From positions 1 through 48,778 of the forward strand of contig NKIB01014000.1 of the NCBI GenBank assembly GCA_002256025.1: DNA of 48,778 nt. The letters run 5' to 3'. The stretch is from Asterionella formosa (taxonomy: Eukaryota). Positions 21,652 through 32,974 of this stretch are shown piece by piece (the stretch's first letter is position 1; the number at the start of each line of letters is the position of its first letter). Both the position numbers and the translations under genes were made by a program. The notes under the pieces are model-generated. The model was not told the origin of the DNA. It did not search any database and worked only from the letters and a program-made list of their open reading frames with translations.

Positions 21652-23541
21652 TTATGTAGATGATAAAATGGAAAAATAGGCAGCAGAAATGGGTCCCTTG
21701 TATCCGCTTCCATCAGTTGCTTGGAAGTATATAGTGTGTCGCCCAATACTGTAAAGAGAGGCCTGGAAGGCGAAGTATCCTTGAGCAGGGTCAGACCTTG
21801 GAGTGAAACCACCCACAGCGAAACCAGCACCAGCTCCGCTGTCATATGGGTGAACATCAACCCAGACACGAATAACGGCGACGCCCTGTTTGGAAGTAAC
21901 AAACTTACTCGCTGACCATGCCGAATCACTTGCTCTTGGACGAACTTTGACCACACCATTAGCAGCTACAGAAGTTGCATCAAAAGTAATATTAATTACA
22001 TCGGGCCCCTTCGGAAGCGAATATGGTGCTCCGGCAATCTTGGCAGCGTATGTCAAAGTGTGGATATTGTTTTGGACGATGCTGAGGTTGAAATAGGAAC
22101 AGTCTTGGTAAAAATCAGTGCCAATCTCAAATGTCATGCCAGCAGCCCCAAGTGTACCAAATGACCAGTCATCACTTGCCCCAGAAATCGGCGATGTAAA
22201 TCCATTTTGAGGACCTGACAATGCATAACCATTGAAATGTTTATACTTGTTGACAAGAGTCTCCAGGCCATCATCGTTTGGAGTCTCAACATTTTGAAAT
22301 CCCCAAGGCCATATCAAATTTTCTCCATACGAATGAACATCAATGAAAACACCTTTGGCAGACTGAGGGTACGCTAGAGTAAGTTGACTTTCTGGATTTG
22401 TCTTGCGTTGGTCAGTTGGGAAGATAGTTTTGGCATAGTTGACGATCGCCTTTACTTCTGGCTCCGACGCTGCCGAAGGACCACGGTAAGTATCGGAACA
22501 TGGGTCATTTGATGATCCGTAGCCGAATCCCCATTTGAATGGGAAGTTGCGATTCAAATCCACCCCACCAGCGGAACTGCCGCAGTTTCCATAGCGATGT
22601 AGATTCTTTCGCTGTAAGACAGCACGGTTAGTCTCGGCGATTTGTCGTCCATCAGGGTTGGATACCAATACAAGATGAATTTGAGTATGATCCAAGATGG
22701 ATGTGATATCGGCATTCTTGCCATATCTATTCACAAGGTGTACAACCCATTGTGCGAGCAATTCGGGAGGGGCATATTCACGGGGATGAATTCCAGCCAT
22801 GATGAACATGGGAGCCTTGCTCGTTGATCGTCCTGCTGCTGCCACCCCATTTCCTGTGAGAACGAGTGCTGTGATGTTGTATCCTTTGTAAGATTTTCCA
22901 ATGACCTTGAGCTTGATAGAAAGATTGGTAATCTGATTGGCTCGTCTTGCAATGTCGTTCATCCAAGCCTTGATACCAGCAAGGCTTCGATAGCACGGAA
23001 ACCCAGGGATGGTGGAGTATGGTTGGACACTTGCCTGGAGAGTTTTGGTCTGCTGCAAGGCATCGCTTGGAAGCATTGACCGGGACAAATGATTTGTCGC
23101 CACAGAATCTTGCTGCAAGTTGTAAGAAATTGCAGAAGGTCCATTACCGGCCGAGTGAGGCGCAGGCGCATCGCCAGCGACAATGAGCAGTTCAATGCGA
23201 CGAAGTGCAAAAGCGTCGCGAACCAAGAATGAAATCTCGCAGAAGGATGAGTCAGTCCCATCGTACGGTGAAGGTAATCTTGACTCTTTGATTCCAATCA
23301 AATCGACCTCCGCGGCAATGGAAATACCGTTTTGTGCTGAGGACTCCTCGCCTTTGATGGGACATGGGACTACCGCAGTGTAAATTCGAGGGAAGCTTGC
23401 AGTCCTGTTTCCGTCATAGTGGCTCCCCTCCTTGTATGGAGACTTATCTTTTCTCCCACCAAGGGTTGCTGCATGAATTGCCTGCACCGGAAAAGCAGCA
23501 GCAATGATAAGTAGAAGGACGATGGACAACACAAATTTCAT
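21652..23541 (-). CDS. Zinc carboxypeptidase, peptidase family M14 (carboxypeptidase T-like), with signal peptide
   Basis: Hydrophobic N-terminus MKFVLSIVLLLIIAAAF. Zinc/substrate motifs GIHPRE (HxxE), NPDG, RKN, GVDLNRNF, YRGPSAASEPE, IDVHSYG, GASDDW and catalytic TFEIG. C-terminal beta-rich extension. Confidence 0.92.
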   Translation of the reverse strand: MKFVLSIVLLLIIAAAFPVQAIHAATLGGRKDKSPYKEGSHYDGNRTASFPRIYTAVVPCPIKGEESSAQNGISIAAEVDLIGIKESRLPSPYDGTDSSFCEISFLVRDAFALRRIELLIVAGDAPAPHSAGNGPSAISYNLQQDSVATNHLSRSMLPSDALQQTKTLQASVQPYSTIPGFPCYRSLAGIKAWMNDIARRANQITNLSIKLKVIGKSYKGYNITALVLTGNGVAAAGRSTSKAPMFIMAGIHPREYAPPELLAQWVVHLVNRYGKNADITSILDHTQIHLVLVSNPDGRQIAETNRAVLQRKNLHRYGNCGSSAGGVDLNRNFPFKWGFGYGSSNDPCSDTYRGPSAASEPEVKAIVNYAKTIFPTDQRKTNPESQLTLAYPQSAKGVFIDVHSYGENLIWPWGFQNVETPNDDGLETLVNKYKHFNGYALSGPQNGFTSPISGASDDWSFGTLGAAGMTFEIGTDFYQDCSYFNLSIVQNNIHTLTYAAKIAGAPYSLPKGPDVINITFDATSVAANGVVKVRPRASDSAWSASKFVTSKQGVAVIRVWVDVHPYDSGAGAGFAVGGFTPRSDPAQGYFAFQASLYSIGRHTIYFQATDGSGYKGPISAAYFSILSST

Positions 23542-24491
23542 GGTTCAACATATTAAATAATTGGAGTGAGTCTTAGTATGAGTTATTGGGATGCTTAGGC
23601 CGCTTGTATCGAGTCGTACGCCCACATCAAACTCTTCTCTCTTGTCGTGGCAATCATGCATGAATGTCACATGGTGGTTCGCATTTCTAGTGTTGATGAT
23701 GGCGTCTATTATGCAATCGGCCGTGTTGAACATTTCTTCATGACATACAATGTATGTGTAATGCATAGACCAGTGGCTACCTGCCGCTATGAAATACTAT
23801 ATAGGTATTCATATTTTTTTCATCATCAGACATCAGCCGCCATCATAAAATATGCATCACATCGTATGTGTTCACAGACTAGGAGGCCTACTGAAGTTAG
23901 CGAATTCTTAGTTGAAGAAAGTAACCTGGCTGTTACATCCATTAATGTCAAGAGGCCTTTCCTGTCAGGGCATTATATCCGATATAATCCGAATCCTATC
24001 CGTAATGACAAGTAGCTCCATGTGCGTGCATTATTGGGATTCCCGAAGAATCGCAAAAGACCTCGATATCATCAAATCCAGCAAAATGGCATTACTGAAA
24101 AAACCAGAACCCAGCATTTTGTCCAATAATATCAATTAAGGAGTAATGACATTATTGGACCCCAATAGACTTCAATTAAGTAATAGTTGTAGAGTGAGAC
24201 ATTTCCTATCCCAAATGAAATTTTTTGAGAGAGTTCAAGGATAATTTAAATTATTTGGGGAGAATTAATGCATCTTAAATAAAACAATGGTCCCAGTTAC
24301 CCCGGAGTGCCAATTATTCCGAGACATTTATTAGTGCAAAAAGAAATGAAAGAGAAGAAGAAGTGAAAAGCATCATCCATCACAGCAACAATCAACCACA
24401 TACACCGCGATAGTATGTATATCATACGTACATAGTCGATGATTATATCATCGATACCATTGCCAATTCAGCATCTACTCTCAGTGGCCCC

Positions 24492-27400
24492 ATGAACACC
24501 AAATTGTTGAACGAACAGTTGCTCCACTCAGCATCAGATTATCCAAGTCGAACGAAACATGGAACCATTAGTTTCGCGCAATCAAGAAATGGAGGAAGAG
24601 ACAACGCGGATGATGATGACAAAAACGATGAAACGAGTGACATTAGTTCATTATCGGGGTTTTCCGGCGGTTCTTCTGACATATATAACTATGGAGGCTT
24701 GCTGCGCTTCAACCGTACCGGTCTTCTCTACGGCCGAAGCAGAGAAGTGAGTATCCTATTGGATGCTTTTACACGTGTCAGGATTGGATCTTCTGAAGTG
24801 GTCCTTGTTTCAGGCGAAGCAGGCGCTGGAAAGAGCAAAGTCGCCGAATCCCTTCGAGGCCCTGTGACTTCGATCGAATCTTCTGGTTACTTCGTCGCTG
24901 GAAAGTATGATCAGCTTAGGCTGGACGAACCCTTTAGTGCGATTGTTAACGCGTTCAATGACTTGGCTGAAATCATAAGTCTAACCGAAGGTTCCCAGTC
25001 GCGAAGAAACAAAATTAAGGAAGCTCTCGGAGAAGAAGCTTATTTGCTTTGCAAGTTAATACCGAACATTTCTTATTTACTTGGACAAAAGAAAAATCCA
25101 GCGGAGCAGGATGTGGGGGGTAACATGATGAACATTGTTTCCAAATTGACTCTGGCCTTTCGAAGATTTGTAGGCGTTATTGCCACAAAAGAGAGCCCAT
25201 TGTGTATATTCCTTGACGACATTCAATGGGCAGATCAAGCATCCATGCAAGTGATTCGAGGCCTTATCACAGATATTAGGAGTAAACATGTTCTTCTCGT
25301 TTTCGCCTATCGAGATAATGATTTGATCACGGCAAAAATGGACGAGTTCTTTCAATGTTCTGAGGATGAGCAAATGGTGCATTTGACCAACATATCACTT
25401 GGTAATCTTGAAGTTGAGTCAATTCATGAGTTGATTCAAGATCAATTGGATATGATAGCTTCTGAAGAATCTATGATATTATGCGAATGCATATGGAAGA
25501 AGACTTTAGGAAATCCTTTCTTTGTACTTGAATTTCTGGATGAGTTACTCGGCAAGAGATTCATGGTTCGAACCGATTCATCGTGGTTGATTGATTTAGA
25601 GAAAATTCAAACCGAGACCAATGTGTCTTCCAATGTTGTCAATATGATCTCTGAACAAATGAAACGGCTACATCCCCATGTCCGAGCTGTTTTAACATAT
25701 GCCGCATATCTTGGCTTTCAGTTCCGACGCGATATACTGGAAGCCATTGTGATCTCTGAACACGTATCTTCCAGTTTGACATTGATTCCATTGTATGTAG
25801 AAATTGCAGAGATCAAGGGGCAAATTACACAAGATCAATACCATGACAGGGTTTCCAGAATCCTGGATGCTGCAACTGCCGAAGGTATTATCGAAAAGTG
25901 TGATGATTCTGGAATCAAAATGAAGTTTGTGCATGACTACCCTCAGACTGTTCTTTATGATTCCATTCCCAAAGGAAGGGAACGGGCAATGATACATTTG
26001 ACAATTGGTAGTCACATAAGAGAGATGCTGCTACCAAAATGTAAAGATTTTCTATTTCCTGTTGTGCACCACCTAAATCATGCATCGCCATACTTGGTTG
26101 AGGAAGGTGATCGTGTTGACTTGTCACGACTCAACCTTGATGCAGCAAAATTAGCAGCAAGCGAGAAATCTGCGTTTTTGAGTGCCTCCGAGTATTTGCG
26201 ATGTGGTATCGAGCTTCTTGATGCAGACACCATGTGGAGCAAACACTACGATCTTTGTCTGAGACTGTTTAGCCTCTCTGCAGAAATTGGTTATTGCATT
26301 GGAGACTTTGCACATAGCGATACAATGGCAAAAAGCATCGTCGTGAATGCACGAACCATTGAAGATAAAGCATCTGCCTACTATTCGGAGATTGACGCAC
26401 TGAATGCGCAAGCCATGCCAATGCAGTCAATTGACAAATGTCTTTCAATTCTACAGGAATTAGGAGTGAAAGTGGCAAGACATCCAACAATATTCGCCCT
26501 TCTCTGCTCATTTGCCAAGACTAAGAAATTGCTCCATGGGAAATCAGATAATTTCATTCTTGCACTCCCATTGCTTCAAGATGATGAACCTGTGATAATG
26601 GTGACAGCCATTCTCATCAAGATTACGGCTGCAGCCTTTTATCTTGGGGAAGCGAAATTGTATGTGTTCGCTATTCAACGACTTTTTCAATTGTTGCTAC
26701 AGAAAGGTATATCATCTATGTCACCTTCTGTAGTTGCTGGTTATGGTATGTTGGAATCAAAGCTGGGAAACTCAGAAAGTGCATATCGGTTTGGCATGCT
26801 TGCACTCAAACTGCTGGACAAACAAAGTTGTAAAAAGTACTTCTGTTTAACTCTGGTTACTTCATGGGTTTTTAATTTTCATTGGAAAAGATCTTTAACC
26901 GACGCTGCCGACGCATTCAGACAAGCCCATGTTGTTGGAGCAACTCAAGGTGACATGGAGTATGCGTCAATTGCAGCTTTCAACTACATTTGTACGTCAC
27001 TTTGCTGTGGGCGTGAATTGCAAAGCCTGGAACACGACTGCAAAGTGTTGTGTGAAAGCATGCAAATATTCAAGCAAGATCCTTCCTTGGAGAAAACAGT
27101 ACAATTCTGGTGGACAATCCTGTCGCTCGTTGGAGGTGATCGTGACGACCACCCAATTCTGCAGCAAGGTGGGAGGGACGAGGCGGCAATAATGAAAAGG
27201 GCTAAATCACCCTACAATGAGTATCTATTGATTATGTGCAGAATATCCAAACTTGTAAGTGCATTTCATCTTGGATCTCTTGCCTCTGCTAACGACATGA
27301 TAGTAGCAATTGAAAAGGTCAGCAAGCGGTTCCAGCTTCATTGGATTTTCCTGATGTACAAGTTCTATTCCGGGCTTACCTTCTTTGCTTTGGCATCGAC

Positions 27401-27782
27401 TTCAATGCTGCAGAGTCGCACTAGTTATCGACGACAAGGTGAAAACGTCCTAAGATACATGAGGAAGCAGAGTAACAGCGGATGTGTTACTGCAACATTA
27501 TTTGTTGCTCACTTGGAAGCAGAGCGAATAGCTTTAATATCACGCGATGCAAACAAGGTTTTGCAAGCAAACGAGCATGCCATTCAAATCTCAGCTAACT
27601 ACGGTTTTATAAACTATGAAGGACTTGCAAATGAACGAGCATATTTTGCGTTGCACGCACTTGGTTTTGATTCTCGACCATTTTTTGAACGTGCTATCGC
27701 ATGTTACATGGATTGGGGTGCGGAACATAAGGTGCATATCCTCGAAAGCAACTTCAAAGGTCATGTACTTTGCACCAAATGA
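24492..27782 (+). CDS. STAND-class P-loop ATPase (AAA_16/COG3899-like) with helical TPR-like C-terminal region, 1096 aa
   Basis: LYGRSRE pre-P-loop motif, Walker A GEAGAGKS, GKYDQ..EPFSA, Walker B FLDDIQWAD, sensor LLVFAYRD, GNPFF (GxP) and KFVHD (MHD-like). The C-terminus 'GLANERA...AIACYMDWGAEHKV' is typical of this family. No kinase or histidine-kinase domain is seen. Confidence 0.88.
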   Translation: MNTKLLNEQLLHSASDYPSRTKHGTISFAQSRNGGRDNADDDDKNDETSDISSLSGFSGGSSDIYNYGGLLRFNRTGLLYGRSREVSILLDAFTRVRIGSSEVVLVSGEAGAGKSKVAESLRGPVTSIESSGYFVAGKYDQLRLDEPFSAIVNAFNDLAEIISLTEGSQSRRNKIKEALGEEAYLLCKLIPNISYLLGQKKNPAEQDVGGNMMNIVSKLTLAFRRFVGVIATKESPLCIFLDDIQWADQASMQVIRGLITDIRSKHVLLVFAYRDNDLITAKMDEFFQCSEDEQMVHLTNISLGNLEVESIHELIQDQLDMIASEESMILCECIWKKTLGNPFFVLEFLDELLGKRFMVRTDSSWLIDLEKIQTETNVSSNVVNMISEQMKRLHPHVRAVLTYAAYLGFQFRRDILEAIVISEHVSSSLTLIPLYVEIAEIKGQITQDQYHDRVSRILDAATAEGIIEKCDDSGIKMKFVHDYPQTVLYDSIPKGRERAMIHLTIGSHIREMLLPKCKDFLFPVVHHLNHASPYLVEEGDRVDLSRLNLDAAKLAASEKSAFLSASEYLRCGIELLDADTMWSKHYDLCLRLFSLSAEIGYCIGDFAHSDTMAKSIVVNARTIEDKASAYYSEIDALNAQAMPMQSIDKCLSILQELGVKVARHPTIFALLCSFAKTKKLLHGKSDNFILALPLLQDDEPVIMVTAILIKITAAAFYLGEAKLYVFAIQRLFQLLLQKGISSMSPSVVAGYGMLESKLGNSESAYRFGMLALKLLDKQSCKKYFCLTLVTSWVFNFHWKRSLTDAADAFRQAHVVGATQGDMEYASIAAFNYICTSLCCGRELQSLEHDCKVLCESMQIFKQDPSLEKTVQFWWTILSLVGGDRDDHPILQQGGRDEAAIMKRAKSPYNEYLLIMCRISKLVSAFHLGSLASANDMIVAIEKVSKRFQLHWIFLMYKFYSGLTFFALASTSMLQSRTSYRRQGENVLRYMRKQSNSGCVTATLFVAHLEAERIALISRDANKVLQANEHAIQISANYGFINYEGLANERAYFALHALGFDSRPFFERAIACYMDWGAEHKVHILESNFKGHVLCTK

Positions 27783-30700
27783 TGAATGTGGGTGCGGTGA
27801 TGATTTCAGAATAGTCTTTGCACTGTTATTGTTAAGGAGTAATACTTTAATGTATTCCTCCACCATGTCCTATAAATGGCTATTTGGAGGGTACAAAATG
27901 ATTTTTAAGATGAGGTCTAGAAACTATTTTGCACAACACATCGCATTCTCAGAACTGGCAGCACAAATTCGGCGGAGGAATTGGCCTTGATGGGAATCAT
28001 AGTCGGTGCTGCAATAAAAGATTTATAATATCAATACAAGAACGGAGGAAAATATCGTCACGGGGACAACTGCTTGGCCTAGGAATAAGGTAGAGTGAGA
28101 GTTGTTGGTACAAACGCAATTTATCAAGGTTAACGACGATGGCAACAAGTGGATTCAGTTCTTTTGCCTAAGTCGACAAGAAGCATGGGATGTGAACGTT
28201 TTCCTCGCCTTCGATGAGATCGAGAGAGTCAAAAAATTCACAATATCGATACAGTTATCATACAGGTACTGGTAGCTATTGTATGCAGTGGCTAGGAAAG
28301 CAATTGCTTTGGCTTAGCATGCTGAGTGAGGAGATGAGATGAGATGAGAAAGCGTTTTTTTGAATTTGACCACAAACCCTTGCTGTTGTGCACTCTCCAT
28401 GTTCCCCAATGTTGGAAGAAAAATTAAGGAAAGAGTACTATACCTACTGAAATTTGATAATGTAGACAGTGTTGGGAAGGATTAGCTGTCAATGGGGGAT
28501 TGCGAACTTCTCGTATTGTAGAAGTCGAAGGTTATATGATGACAAGCCTGAGTAGAACAGTGGAAAACATACTTGGTGTCAACGTTGTGGCAATATGGGG
28601 TCAACTGCTGGATGGTAAGGAACCAACATTTGTATCCAAAAAAGAGTATTCCCTTTCCTTCCAACGATGAACAGCTTCTGTTAAGTATTTCATTAACGGA
28701 CCTTGATCCATCTGGCAAAAAATGTAAACAATTGGAAAGAGGTCACGTCGAAGGCGCAGAAGAAGAAGAATCGATTGCCGCCATCTTTGCCAGTTCCGTT
28801 GAAGCCAACAGGAGCATTGCCGAGCACTGGAACAGAGAATCAACTACACGGAGCTTAGAATAAAAGTATTGCGGAACTATCAGGCCAGCCACAACAGGCA
28901 TCAGTTATCTCCCCAATGAGCATGAGCAATTGTGACACAACCACACCACTTAATTATTACACAATTGCAGATGAAAGGGAACAAAACTACAACAAAACTA
29001 CAAGGAAGATCAAGAAGGATGGCACACATTATCAGGAGACTGTAATGATTGCCAGAGAAAATTTCAGAATTTGAAAACAATCTATATCACCAGTAAAACC
29101 CATAATTCTACTAAAACTCTTTGGAATGATTACTATCGATTACTGCAACATCGAAGTTCATATCTACAGCCTATTTGGTCCCTGACGTGTCCTTACCGGA
29201 TACAAGAAAGCAATAGAGGGCTTTGGGACGCAATTCCAACAGTTTTAGGAGAATTAGCCAGCCAGGAAGAGCCATAATATTATAATCAACAACAGGTGGA
29301 CCGTTGAGAGTCGGGAGACAAGATTGAGGGTACCAGACCATCCAGAGTCTAAAGAAGTTGCACAAGGCGCATCATGAGTGGGAAAGGAAAGTTTACCAAG
29401 AAGGCTCAGGCCAAGGGCAAGTTTCAAGCCAAAGGAGGGAGCAATAATGCTTCTCACACCATCAAGAAGTCAGTTAATGACTATAACTACTACCTTGGAT
29501 CGGTGAAGCAGGCATCTGATTATGAGACTACTACTGAGTACCTCATCAACTACATCAAGAAAGTGTTCGAATATGGCAATGACATAGGAACTGCGCTCAA
29601 GTTGTTAGAACCAATTAACACATTGGCATGGAAGCCAAGAATGCAAGTGAGCATTGCAACAACAGAAGAAGATTGTGCTGCAGAGAATTGGCAATATGAG
29701 ATTGAGTTCAAGGCTGATTATGACACCTACAGTAAAAGGGTACAGGCTGACGAAAATAATAATACCAAGGCATCTGCGTTGCTCTGGTAAAAGAAGATGC
29801 AACAAACAAGCCACAAAGAACAAGATCGAAGCAAGATCCAATTACAATAGGATCAAAAATAACCCAATAACATTGCTTATGGCAATTGAAGGACACGCAC
29901 TAAATTTTCAAGAAAATCGATATTATATGTCGATCATTTTAGATGCAATGAGAATGCTTTTATTTACAAAGCAAAAGGAAGGAGAAAGTCTACAAGACTA
30001 CACCAAGAGATTTTGTGTGGCACAAGATGTGCTCATGTCACACATGGGAGGACCCATTATCCTCACCAAGTTCGTTGAAGCCATGGATGGATACAACGAG
30101 ACTGACATCAAGCTACAAGATAAATTTCGTGAACAAGCTTTCAGTCAATTTATGGCCTATTTAAACCTCAATAATGCAGATTAAGCCAAATATTGATCAA
30201 TTATGACCGGGCGGAACACTCAACAATCACATGGCAACAATCAATACCCGAAGAGTATCACCAAATCAAATAGTGTTCTCAGTAACCATCGGTTTGACGT
30301 AACCAATAAACCCAACAATCACAAGAAATCAAGAGATCATAATAAAGACAGAGAACAAAAAGATGCAAGGAAGGAAGATGAAGATGTGAACTTATTGTTT
30401 GCACAGTTAGAAGGAAAATATTACTGCTGTGGTAGAGCAGGTCACAAATCCCCTTTGTGTCAAGACAAGAATAAACCCAAAGAGTAATGGGCAATCAAGA
30501 AGGCCCAACAAAGCCATGCACAGGCACAGGCTACTACATCGGACACAAGTACAGTTACCTCTGTTAATTCCAACAACCCACCGTCGTCACAAGCTTCACA
30601 ACAAGCAAATGTCAATCAATTTGGATGGGCGGGAGCTCATATGAAACTACAATTTTACCAAGCATCTGAGATGCGTGACTGGATACTATTGGATAATCAA

Positions 30701-30838
30701 TCAAGTGTCACAGTCTCTTGCAATCCAAAAATGGTTGAAAACATTTGAATGTCAACCAATGGAAGCATGCGCCTGGCCACAAATGGTGGATCCATGGTCA
30801 CTAATATGAAGGCTGATCTTTCAAAATGGGGAGAAGTA
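25844..30838 (+). repeat. Left arm of a large imperfect inverted duplication
   Basis: 25844-~27860 is the reverse complement of 48778-~46810, and 28175-30838 is the reverse complement of 46452-43623. The spacers between the two blocks are not homologous. Confidence 0.92.
29052..30838 (+). mobile_element. Truncated Ty1/Copia (CoDi-type) copy: partial 5' LTR, gag, zinc knuckle, protease
   Basis: LTR remnant ends ...TTCCAACA at 29241. gag starts at 29374 with stops and frameshifts, followed by YCCGRAGHKSPLC and WILLDNQS. Homologous to 43623-45382 and ends abruptly at 30838. Confidence 0.88.
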
Positions 30839-32535
30839 AATCATGTCCATCATAGTGATACCTATGTCTGCAAATAAAAAGTATCATGCATATAGGATCA
30901 AGGGTATTGTACGCTAAGTGGCACAGGATTTTCGTATATATGATAATTTTGGGATCAAAACTATGATCAAGGTATCCTATAACTATGATGATTTATTAAT
31001 ATTTTTCCGACCTTGAAGTATTATGATAATAAGAACTTTATCATCACACAATGTATATCAACTGATCAACAACATTACTCATCAACATCATAAACCTTCT
31101 CATATTATTTTCAATTCTCGTGATTGCCTGATGTAAATTATTACTACAATGCATCCTAAAATCAGCTCAATTCTATGCTATCATTTAAATTGTTTCATCG
31201 TAAATCTATTGTAAACATGATCATAATTCTAATCACAAGCATTGTTCAAAATAGATTGAAATGGATTGTAATTTAACTATCAAATTAAGCAATGCTATCT
31301 ATTATTCAACCTGCCAGTGACCCAGCGTTTCTCTCTCTACTCGGCTCAATGTATATTGTTCCTGTCTTGCCCTTTTCTTCCTCTTTTCTGAATCTTGTGC
31401 CAAGCAATGCCTTACTAATGTTGCGTCTCTTTCCCTACTGTTAGTGTCATTCTGAACTCGCCGACTATTCCGTTGTTCGATCGGTTTTATTGTCCTATGC
31501 AGTTACAGTAAAAATGAGAAGGAATGACTTGTTAGCTAGACATGTTACACTGACACAACATCACGCCATTACATCGTATCCTCTTGCTTGCTTCACTTAC
31601 CACAGCCAAATCAAAGCAAGTGATGCATAAGTCTGTAATAGTAAATTGTCAGTAAATTCTTGAATAAGTAAGTTTCAGGTTTTCAATGTTGCCGAATAAA
31701 ACTTTCCGATTCATTTTCGTTAGCATAACTTTGAGAGAAGGTAAAGTGGCGTGTCCGTCAGTTATATTCCATCAGAATTGAAAAGGTCCAACAACAAGAG
31801 CACTTACCAATTTTGTTTTGTTTTACATTGGTGCTCCCCAACAAGCAAAACGAGCTGTTGAATCAACTGAGAAAAAAGGAAATGTGCATTTAGTTTACAA
31901 TTTGTTGTTGTCCTGCTCCCAACAATTATCATCCAAGTACCACATTGATGGCTTCATTACCTTAAACATAGCTACTCCATCCTTCGAAGGCGCAATGTGT
32001 CGAAGCCACAATGTTTTTCGTTATTGCGTAAACGTTCCTTGTTATATTCTTTACTTTGATATTTCTTTTCACAAAGCAGGCTTTCTTTGTTAACATGACA
32101 GAACGATTTCAAATATATTTGCCATGTATATAGTTATAAAATTTGTAAATATATAAATGTATCAAGTGTCGTACATTTACAAAAATCAAAGGCAATCTCA
32201 ATATGGAACGTCTGGTATTGTTGAGATGATCATATTTGCATATAGATAATTTGATAATATTCAATGCACGATATGTCCATTGTTTTCCATGACTTCATGT
32301 ACCGGTACTGTTTTTTTGAAATTTGTTTGCATCAATATTTTCTATGTCCGTTGGAACTAATTATTTAGACCATTCAATTGGTGTACTAAGTCATAACCCA
32401 TTTGTATCATTATTTATACACAAGGATTTTGGTAGCAAATTGAGTTCTCTATGTGTACCAGTGCATCATATGACAATAACATTTTATCATATATATACCA
32501 CAGAGTACCAGTAGCAGGTAGGAAGTGATATACTG

Positions 32536-32764
32536 GGGGTAGTCAGAGTAGTAAGTGAGCAACAGAACACCATATGTTCATGACTGTTGCTACTGCAGCG
32601 GGACAGTAAATCATCATAGTTTCAGGATTGTATGATCGTAAAATTGAAAGGGGTTAGTCGGAGTAGTAAGCGAGCAGCAGAACACCATATGTTCAGGACT
32701 GCTGCTACTGCAGCAGGACAGTAAATCATCATATTTTTAGGATTGTATAATTGTATAATTGAAA
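32536..32764. repeat. Two-copy ~114-bp tandem repeat
   Basis: GGGGTAGTCAGAGTAGTAAG..GAACACCATATGTTCA..GACAGTAAATCATCATA..AATTGAAA occurs at ~32536 and again at ~32650. Confidence 0.85.
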
Positions 32765-32974
32765 ACAAGATATGCTATGCATTACTCTAAGTCGGTTCTG
32801 ATTTTGTATATGATAATGTAAATAGCACTGTTTGTTTTATGGTATCATATCTAGACAGCGTAAAATATTATATGTAGTGGCTGATGATTCATTTCATTGT
32901 AGCTTGCAACACCTGATTTTAAGATCATCGAACTTTAAGGAAGAGAACGACAACAGTTATCTAGTAGTACAAGC

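Noticed and set aside
28470..28480. TGTTGG at 28470 as the start of the left Copia LTR
   Set aside because: Comparison with the complete element shows that the LTR starts TGT(T/C)GGAGAAATT and that this part is deleted in the left copy; 28470 belongs to the host sequence.
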